DNA of 64,000 nt. It comes from an uncultured Nitrospiraceae bacterium (GTDB lineage Bacteria; Nitrospirota; Nitrospiria; Nitrospirales; Nitrospiraceae). How positions within the stretch are numbered: the stretch's first letter is position 1; every line of letters begins with the position of its first letter. The stretch covers positions 384,001 through 448,000 of the forward strand of contig CAVSTP010000004.1 in the NCBI GenBank assembly GCA_963730935.1, given 5' to 3'. This document shows positions 57,452-64,000 of this stretch, piece after piece. Both the position numbers and the translations under genes were made by a program. The notes under the pieces are model-generated. The model searched no databases. It was given only the letters and a program-made list of their open reading frames with translations, and was not told the origin of the DNA.

Positions 57452-58465
57452 ATGAAGGCCGTCGGACTCTATCAATACCTGCCCATCGAAAAGCCGGACA
57501 GTCTGGTTGACCTTGAACTGCACAAACCGGAACCCACTGGACGGGACCTGTTGGTTCGCGTCGAGGCCGTTTCCGTGAATCCAGTCGATACCAAGGTTCG
57601 TGCTCCCGGCAAACCGGCGCGCACGACGCCGCTCGTGCTCGGGTGGGATGCCGCTGGAGTAGTCGATTCGGTCGGGCCGGCGGTTGAGCGCTTTAAACCG
57701 GGGGATACGGTTTTTTATGCGGGCGATATCACCAGGCAGGGAAGCAATAGCGAATACCAGCTCGTGGATGAGCGGATTGTGGGACACAGACCCCGGTCAC
57801 TCGCTGTCGAGGAAGCGGCGGTTCTCCCTCTGGTCTCCATTACGGCGTATGAAGCTTTGTTCGATCGGTTGGGCATTGATGCGGCGGGGCAGTCCCGCGG
57901 CCGTACCGTGCTCATTATTGGTGGCGCAGGAGGTGTCGGCTCGATGGCGATTCAATTGGCGAAGCACGCCGGCCTGACGGTGCTCGCCACCGCATCCCGC
58001 CAGGAATCGACTGACTGGGTGAAGCAGCTCGGTGCGGACCATGTACTGAATCACCGGCAGCCGTTGCCTCCGCAGCTCGAGGCCGTTGGATTGAAGACCG
58101 TCGACTCTATCCTGAACTGTGCCGATACGGACGGCTATTGGGACGTCATGGCGGATTTGATCGTCGCTCAAGGCAAGATCTGCACGATTGTCGAAAATAA
58201 GGGGGCGCTGAATCAACAGCTCATGAAGCTGAAAAGCGCGACCCATGTCTGGGAGCTGATGTTTACGCGCTCCAAATACCAGACCGCAGATATGACCGAG
58301 CAGCAGAAGTTGCTTGACCGCATCGCGGACTGGACCGATCGCGGTACGCTCAAAGGAATTCTGCGGGACACGCTACAACCGATTAATGCGGAAAACCTCA
58401 GGAAGGCGCATGCCAGGCTGGAGTCTGGCACGATGATCGGCAAGATTGCGTTAAAAGGCTGGTGA
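57452..58465 (+). CDS. Zinc-type alcohol dehydrogenase-like / quinone oxidoreductase (MDR family)
   Basis: AVSVNPVDTKVR, LGWDAAGVV, IIGGAGGVGS, WELMFTRS. Confidence 0.92.
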   Translation: MKAVGLYQYLPIEKPDSLVDLELHKPEPTGRDLLVRVEAVSVNPVDTKVRAPGKPARTTPLVLGWDAAGVVDSVGPAVERFKPGDTVFYAGDITRQGSNSEYQLVDERIVGHRPRSLAVEEAAVLPLVSITAYEALFDRLGIDAAGQSRGRTVLIIGGAGGVGSMAIQLAKHAGLTVLATASRQESTDWVKQLGADHVLNHRQPLPPQLEAVGLKTVDSILNCADTDGYWDVMADLIVAQGKICTIVENKGALNQQLMKLKSATHVWELMFTRSKYQTADMTEQQKLLDRIADWTDRGTLKGILRDTLQPINAENLRKAHARLESGTMIGKIALKGW

Positions 58466-58484
58466 CGGCGGGATGGCCTATCGC

Positions 58485-60662
58485 TCACACCAGTAAGAGT
58501 CCGGAGGCCCTAATCCTTTTCCAGGACGGCTGTTTCACAAACGAGGTGAACTCGGCTGTGCTCCCTGGAAATGCCCGCCTGAGTTCGCGCCACGACGGAT
58601 ACGTTCCTCCCCGCTCACTCCGAAGCCGCCCCTCTCGAAGGAGACCGCTCAGCCACATCGCGTGCGCCGAAGGGAGCGTCATAGTCGTTTCCTTCCCGCC
58701 ACCGGGAACATGGAGTCTTGCGCGTTTGCCTTGGGCTTCAACAACCGGTACCCCACCGATCCAGACACAGTGCCGTTCTACAGCGGCGACGTCATCACTG
58801 CGACGTTTCTGGAGAGTGCGGTTCGCCCATTTGGATGAGACGCGAGGGCGGGGAGTGCGGTAATCGAACCACTTTCTCACGTCCATGGACAAGCCTCTGC
58901 CTTCGATGAAGTTCAGCATGGAACGGCGCAATCCTTCGCCGATCCATTCGGGCGTTTGACCCCGTCGATCGAGATGGATGAGGTCGTTTTCGGCAAAGCC
59001 CTGAAAGTCAGGCCCGAGAATGCGCAGCCCGTTGGCCCTGGGGTCCAGGCCAATGGGACTGTGCGCGGTTGCGGTAAAGCGATGCCAAAACGCCGATTGG
59101 ACAAGATCGGCGGAGAACAACTGGCGGACTCGTTCCAAGGAGTCGATGGTTTCCTGCACGGTTTCCGATGGAAAGCCGTACATGAGATAGGCGTGCACGA
59201 GAATATCTGCCTCTCTGAAGGCTGCGGCAACCCGTGCGGTCTGATCGACCGTGATGCCCTTTTTCATTTTGACGAGCAAGCGATCCGAGGCGGCTTCGAG
59301 CCCAGCTGTGACGGCAATGCACCCGGACGCAGCGAGCAGACGGCACAGATCCGGCGTGAACGCTTCTTCGAAGCGGATGTTGCCCCACCATGAGATGCGG
59401 ACGTCACGTTCCAGCAACGCAATCGCCAGGGATTTCAACGCCGCCGGCGGCGCGGCTTCGTCCACGAAGTGGAAGGTTCGCCGGCCGGTCTCCTCGATCA
59501 GACGCTCGATCTGGCCGACGAGGTGCTCGGTCGGAGTGATTTCGTAGCGGTTGATGTAATCGAGCCCGACATCGCAAAAGGTACATTGTTTCCAATAGCA
59601 GCCGTGCGCCACGGTCAGTTTGTTCCAATGGCCTTCCGACCAGAGGCGATGCATCGGATTCGCGCTGTCGAGGATGCACAAGTAGCGGTCGAGCGCCAAT
59701 CCCTGATACGTCGGACACCCCAAGTCGCTCAAGGAAAAATTCCGGAGGTTGGGGTCACTGGCAAACTGCACGCGATCGTGGTTGCGGTAATAGGTGCGGC
59801 AGAGTGATGCGAGCGGCCGCCGGCTGTCGAGATGCTCAAGCACGGACAGTAAGGGCCGTTCACCGTCATCCAACGTGATGAAATCGACATAGTCGAAGAC
59901 ACGCGGATCGGACACGCGGCGCAATTCCGTATTGACGTATCCACCTCCGAGCGCGACGGCGATGCCGGGATGCCGCTCCTTGACCGCTTTCGCGATGCGA
60001 AAGGCTCCGTAGACGTTTCCTGGAAATGGCACCGAGAGGCCGAGGAGGCCGGGCTTGATCCGGTCAATGTGTTGCCACAAGGCCTCGAGCATGAATTGAT
60101 CGGTCAGACTCGGCGTCTCCTGAAGAGCGGCTAGCAGCCCATCGAATGACGAGGCGGATCGTGCAATGTGTTCTGCGTAACGGCTGAGCGCAAAGTGGGG
60201 CGTGATCGTCGCCTGAACCAGATCGGCAAGGTCTTCGAGTAACAAGGTCGCTGTCTGCTTGGCCTTGTCCTCGGTTGAGGCGTTGCGAGGCAACGGCGGC
60301 CGAGTGCGAAATCGCGGTCCTTGGGGCACAGACCCGCGCCGCGCCAGCGAACCCGTCAGTGACGGGGCTTTGCCTTGCAGGTATGCCACAACGGGATCGA
60401 TGTGATCGAGAATCGCTGCCCGATTCACCAGCATCCGGCGCGCTTCCGGATGGAGCAAATGTTTCTTCGACTGAAGCTCATCAAAGACTTGGCTCAGTCC
60501 CTGCCGGCTGAACAGGCGTAGGACCATCTCAATCCCTAGGTCGGCCTGTTCACAGTGAATGCCTTTGGAGCGAAGAAAACCGGTCAAATAGGCAGTCGAA
60601 GGGTAGGGAGTGTTCAGTTGCGTCAGTGGAGGAATCAGAAGTAAGACAGTGGGCATGCCCAT
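58485..60662 (-). CDS. B12-binding-like radical SAM protein
   Basis: PPLTQLNTPYPSTAYL; GCYWKQCTFCD (CxxxCxxC); FHFVDEAAPP. Confidence 0.92.
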   Translation of the reverse strand: MGMPTVLLLIPPLTQLNTPYPSTAYLTGFLRSKGIHCEQADLGIEMVLRLFSRQGLSQVFDELQSKKHLLHPEARRMLVNRAAILDHIDPVVAYLQGKAPSLTGSLARRGSVPQGPRFRTRPPLPRNASTEDKAKQTATLLLEDLADLVQATITPHFALSRYAEHIARSASSFDGLLAALQETPSLTDQFMLEALWQHIDRIKPGLLGLSVPFPGNVYGAFRIAKAVKERHPGIAVALGGGYVNTELRRVSDPRVFDYVDFITLDDGERPLLSVLEHLDSRRPLASLCRTYYRNHDRVQFASDPNLRNFSLSDLGCPTYQGLALDRYLCILDSANPMHRLWSEGHWNKLTVAHGCYWKQCTFCDVGLDYINRYEITPTEHLVGQIERLIEETGRRTFHFVDEAAPPAALKSLAIALLERDVRISWWGNIRFEEAFTPDLCRLLAASGCIAVTAGLEAASDRLLVKMKKGITVDQTARVAAAFREADILVHAYLMYGFPSETVQETIDSLERVRQLFSADLVQSAFWHRFTATAHSPIGLDPRANGLRILGPDFQGFAENDLIHLDRRGQTPEWIGEGLRRSMLNFIEGRGLSMDVRKWFDYRTPRPRVSSKWANRTLQKRRSDDVAAVERHCVWIGGVPVVEAQGKRARLHVPGGGKETTMTLPSAHAMWLSGLLREGRLRSERGGTYPSWRELRRAFPGSTAEFTSFVKQPSWKRIRASGLLLV

Positions 60663-60698
60663 GTGGTCAGATTACACAGGGAAGGAAACGAAAGCCAG

Positions 60699-61502
60699 AT
60701 GCGTCATTCATGGAGGACGACCATGCTGCAGCCGATCCCGTGCTTGAGCCTCCTGTTGTTTATGACGGCCGCGCCGGCCTTGGCCGGAATTGATGAAAGC
60801 AAGCTCGTGGATCTGACGTATCCGCTCGACGAACGGACGGTCTTCTGGCCTTCCAACAAGCCGTTTACCTGGGAAAAATCCTCTTGGGGCAAGACCACAC
60901 AGGGATACTGGTATGCGTCCGCGGAGTTTTCGATGTCTGAACATGGAGGCACGCACATTGATGCGCCAATTCATTTCGCAGAGGGACGGCAGGCGGTCGA
61001 TGAAATTCCTCTGCAGAAGTTGATTGCTCCGGCTGTGGTCATCGACGTTCGGCCGGCGGTTGGCGGAGATCGGGATTATCGGTTGTCCAGACAGGATCTC
61101 GAGAAGTGGGAGCGCGGGCACGGTCCGATTCCGCAAGGCGCGGTAGTCCTGATGCTGACGGGATGGGGGCAGCGATGGCCGGATAAATCGCGTTACCTCG
61201 GAAGTGCGACGCCATCGGATCCGAAGACGCTGCATTTTCCCGGCTTCTCAAGAGAAGCGGCGGAATTTCTCGTCAAGGAGCGCCACATTGACGGCATCGG
61301 CATTGATACACCGAGTATAGACTTCGGTCCTTCTCAGGACTTTATCGTGCACCAGATCATCAACGGAGCCAACTGCTATGGGCTCGAAAACGTTGCCAAC
61401 CTGGAAAAGGTTCCGCCCAAGGGTGCCATCTTGATGGCATTGCCCATCAAGATCAAAGGGGGAACAGGCGGACCAGTCCGAATAATCGCGATTCTTCCCT
61501 GA
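60699..61502 (+). CDS. Cyclase-family (kynurenine formamidase-like) metal hydrolase, exported
   Basis: Signal-like leader; EHGGTHIDAPIHF; GIDTPSID; GGTGGPVRIIA; start uncertain. Confidence 0.9.
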   Translation: MRHSWRTTMLQPIPCLSLLLFMTAAPALAGIDESKLVDLTYPLDERTVFWPSNKPFTWEKSSWGKTTQGYWYASAEFSMSEHGGTHIDAPIHFAEGRQAVDEIPLQKLIAPAVVIDVRPAVGGDRDYRLSRQDLEKWERGHGPIPQGAVVLMLTGWGQRWPDKSRYLGSATPSDPKTLHFPGFSREAAEFLVKERHIDGIGIDTPSIDFGPSQDFIVHQIINGANCYGLENVANLEKVPPKGAILMALPIKIKGGTGGPVRIIAILP

Positions 61503-61533
61503 ACGCCATGGACGTCCTATTCACGCTGTTCAA

Positions 61534-62439
61534 TCACTCCTGACGGCCTTTGAAGGTCAGCTCGGCAATGCCGGATTTGTCTAGATCACCACGGCCCAAA
61601 GCGACGAGCCGTTGATATTGATCGTAGGTGGCTTGTGCCAAAGGCAAGTCCAGTCCAGCAGCCCTGGCCAGCGCGAGAGCAATGCCTGAATCCTTCGCAG
61701 CATGGGCCGCCGAGAAATAGCATTCGTGGGCACGAGCCTGCATGTCCTCGCCGTCTGTCTCCAACACACGCGACGCGGCGCCGGTTTGACCGAACACTTC
61801 GCGCAGCACCGTAAGGTCCAAGCCGAGTGCAGCTCCAAGGCCCAAGCCTTCCGCCAAGGCCGCCGTGTTGCAATTCATGACCATGTTGACCAGTGCCTTG
61901 ACTTTGGCGGCTTCGCCGGCGCCGCCAATGTACCGGATCGTTGACCCGAGCGCCTCCAGCAGCGGTTTGGCGTGAGCGAATGCGGCCGGTTTGCCTCCAC
62001 ACATCAAATAGAGCGTGCCTTGGCGCGCCTGAGTGATGCTGCTGGCCATGCAGGCTTCGAGGCATGCGCCGCCTTGCCGTTCAACAGCCTCTTCGACCTC
62101 GACATGCACCGACGGTGTGATGGTGGCGCAATTGATGAACAACCGGTGTTTTGCAAAGGCCAACAGGCTCGACGGAGTCTCCTCGGCATAGATCGCGCGC
62201 ATCGCCGCATCATCCGACACTACCGTGACGATCACTTGCGACACCTCAGCCACGCGTGCCGGCGTCGGTGCCACCTCGCAGCCGAGTTCACGCGCAAGTG
62301 CTTGCGCGACTGGAGGATCGCGATCCTGGACTGCGGTAATGCGATGGCCCTGATCATGGAGCCGACGAGCCATATTGGCTCCCATGCGCCCAACTCCGAC
62401 AAACCCGATGTGGCCCATACCCGTGCTCCTAGTTACCAT
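61534..62439 (-). CDS. NAD(P)-dependent 3-hydroxyisobutyrate/6-phosphogluconate dehydrogenase-family protein
   Basis: IGFVGVGRMGANMA; GAGEAAKVKALVN; AAKDSGIA. Confidence 0.9.
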   Translation of the reverse strand: MVTRSTGMGHIGFVGVGRMGANMARRLHDQGHRITAVQDRDPPVAQALARELGCEVAPTPARVAEVSQVIVTVVSDDAAMRAIYAEETPSSLLAFAKHRLFINCATITPSVHVEVEEAVERQGGACLEACMASSITQARQGTLYLMCGGKPAAFAHAKPLLEALGSTIRYIGGAGEAAKVKALVNMVMNCNTAALAEGLGLGAALGLDLTVLREVFGQTGAASRVLETDGEDMQARAHECYFSAAHAAKDSGIALALARAAGLDLPLAQATYDQYQRLVALGRGDLDKSGIAELTFKGRQE

Positions 62440-62562
62440 GTGATGAAGTGATCGTTTCGCTGATATGCCTGACCGCTTTGACGATCGTCAAGGACGATAT
62501 CTCTCTAACAGGAAGAAAGGAAGGGCGTGGAGGGTGGCGGCGAAGCTGCTCTCACGGATGAG

Positions 62563-63084
62563 TCACGGGGCTGGCTTTCCACTGAAGAGGTTACAGACGG
62601 CACAGGACTTTCGCTGCGCGACTTGTTCTTCATATTCACGCACGCGTCGCTTCCCTTCAGCGATCTGCTCTACTGACATTTTTTCGCTGATATACTCTCT
62701 GGCGTCCATCGCATGTTGATTGCCGTGACTCGCCGACAAACTGACCCAATAGTATGCTGTGACTAGGTCCGGTGGGACGCCTTGACCATTGAGATGCATG
62801 AGGCCGAGGTTGTACTGCGCCCGTGGCTCTCCCTGTTCGGCAGCGCGCTCATACCACTGCAACGCTTCCGCATCGCTCTGCGGCACGCCCTGTCCCTTGT
62901 CATACATCAACCCAAGGTCGTACTGCGCTCTTGCTTCACCGCTATGCGCGAGGAATTGGACGTCGACAACCGCCTTGTCGTAATCACCGCGGAGATAGGC
63001 TTTATCGGCACGACGGTCTTCGCAGGCGGCGAAGGTACAGAGAAGAACGAGGAAGGAAAACGTAAGGAGCCGCCGGTTTGCCAT
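62563..63084 (-). CDS. Sel1-repeat lipoprotein
   Basis: FAAC lipobox; AQYDLGLMYDKGQGVPQ, AQYNLGLM. Confidence 0.88.
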   Translation of the reverse strand: MANRRLLTFSFLVLLCTFAACEDRRADKAYLRGDYDKAVVDVQFLAHSGEARAQYDLGLMYDKGQGVPQSDAEALQWYERAAEQGEPRAQYNLGLMHLNGQGVPPDLVTAYYWVSLSASHGNQHAMDAREYISEKMSVEQIAEGKRRVREYEEQVAQRKSCAVCNLFSGKPAP

Positions 63085-63085
63085 T

Positions 63086-63508
63086 TTATGTGGCTGGCAC
63101 GAATTTCAGCGCTGCGCCGTTGATGCAATACCGGAGGCCGGTCGGTTTTGGCCCGTCTTTGAAAACATGCCCCTGATGACCTTCACAGCGGGCACAGTGG
63201 ACTTCCGTACGAGGAATGATCAGTTTGAAGTCGGTGCTCGTCTCAACGACTTTGGGGTCGATCGGCTGCCAGAAACTGGGCCAGCCGGTGCCGCTATCAA
63301 ATTTGTGTTCGGAGGAGTAGACGGGGAGATCGCAGCCGGCGCAGTGGTAGATGCCCGCTTCCTTGTTGTCGTGAAGGTGGTTCGCAAATGCGCGCTCGGT
63401 CGCCTCGTGTCTCAAGACTTGATAGGCTTCAGGCGCCAGCAGCTTTTTCCATTCGTCATCCGTTTTTATCACCTTCGAGATCGGTCCGATCTCAATCTTT
63501 TTGGACAT
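63086..63508 (-). CDS. msrB: Peptide-methionine (R)-S-oxide reductase
   Basis: KFDSGTGWPSF; RTEVHCARCEGHQGHVF.DGPKPTGLRYCING. Confidence 0.95.
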   Translation of the reverse strand: MSKKIEIGPISKVIKTDDEWKKLLAPEAYQVLRHEATERAFANHLHDNKEAGIYHCAGCDLPVYSSEHKFDSGTGWPSFWQPIDPKVVETSTDFKLIIPRTEVHCARCEGHQGHVFKDGPKPTGLRYCINGAALKFVPAT

Positions 63509-63621
63509 GGACAACTCCGTCGTCGCACAGGTGAGACATCCTGACACAGGGACCGACCCTTGAGCAAGGCGGGCGACGTCATGCCGCCCGCCGCTACAAC
63601 AAGGGCGATACCCTATGCCAC

Positions 63622-64000
63622 TTACGCATGGGCGGCGGCCGGCGCCACCTCATGATCGAACGCGGATCGAAGCACTTCTTCAACCCGCTCGGCCAAGATG
63701 AACGTCAGGTCATCCCGCACTTCCTGCGGCACATCCTTCAAGTCCTTCTCATTGGGCTTGGGCAGGATGATTCGTTTGATGCCGGCGCGATGAGCCGCCA
63801 GCACCTTTTCTTTGATCCCGCCGACCGGCAGCACCAATCCGGCCAAGCTAATTTCGCCCGTCATGGCCGTATCACTGCGGACCGGTTTACCCACGTACGA
63901 CGACGCCAGCGCGGTGGCCATGGTCACCCCGGCAGAGGGACCATCTTTGGGAATGGCCCCGGAAGGCACGTGAATATGTACGCCGTTCCGTTTAAAGCGC
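63622..64000 (-). CDS. lon: Lon protease, C-terminal proteolytic domain (partial)
   Basis: [35 protein letters not shown]; runs off the window end. Confidence 0.93.
   Translation of the reverse strand, partial: RFKRNGVHIHVPSGAIPKDGPSAGVTMATALASSYVGKPVRSDTAMTGEISLAGLVLPVGGIKEKVLAAHRAGIKRIILPKPNEKDLKDVPQEVRDDLTFILAERVEEVLRSAFDHEVAPAAAHA

Noticed and set aside
53688..64000. Link between the redox/housekeeping genes and the secreted-protein system
   Set aside because: Ordinary conserved genes without the tag, separated from the cluster by the tRNA island region

Overview
Bacterial window, probably Nitrospira-like (inferred from gene content only). It has three parts. (1) 1-40.5 kb is an accessory cluster of about 35 genes, nearly all encoding exported proteins. 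It includes contractile-tail structural homologues that unexpectedly carry export signals (two Hcp, one VgrG and a spike-tip-like protein with Sec-type leaders; a double gp19-like tube protein with a Tat leader). It also holds many small Cys-rich or modular secreted proteins, a trypsin, a matrixin-like protease, a GT2 plus GT-C-like pair, a DsbA-family oxidoreductase, a FecR protein, two exported caspase-family (C14) proteases with intact His/Cys dyads and an autotransporter barrel. About 20 otherwise unrelated proteins share a short Arg-Gly/Ala tag: D/E-V/I-Q-E-R-G/A-V/L after the signal peptide and/or V/I-M-x-R-G-V-E-G-E before an acidic C-terminal tail. I propose this is the recognition site of the co-encoded Arg-specific caspase-fold enzymes, for processing or possibly transpeptidation. 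This is the main candidate novel system and is a hypothesis. (2) 40.6-53.5 kb is an integration hot spot around tRNA-Arg(TCT), with 5'-half and 3'-half tRNA copies, an integrase remnant, response regulators, PilZ/TPR proteins and an FG-GAP lipoprotein. (3) 53.7-64 kb looks like core genome: DUF748 protein, peroxiredoxin, oxidoreductases, radical SAM, cyclase, msrB and lon. Several single-base frameshifts at 26-30.5 kb and 46.7 kb may be sequencing errors. All family assignments are by eye; no database searches were run.
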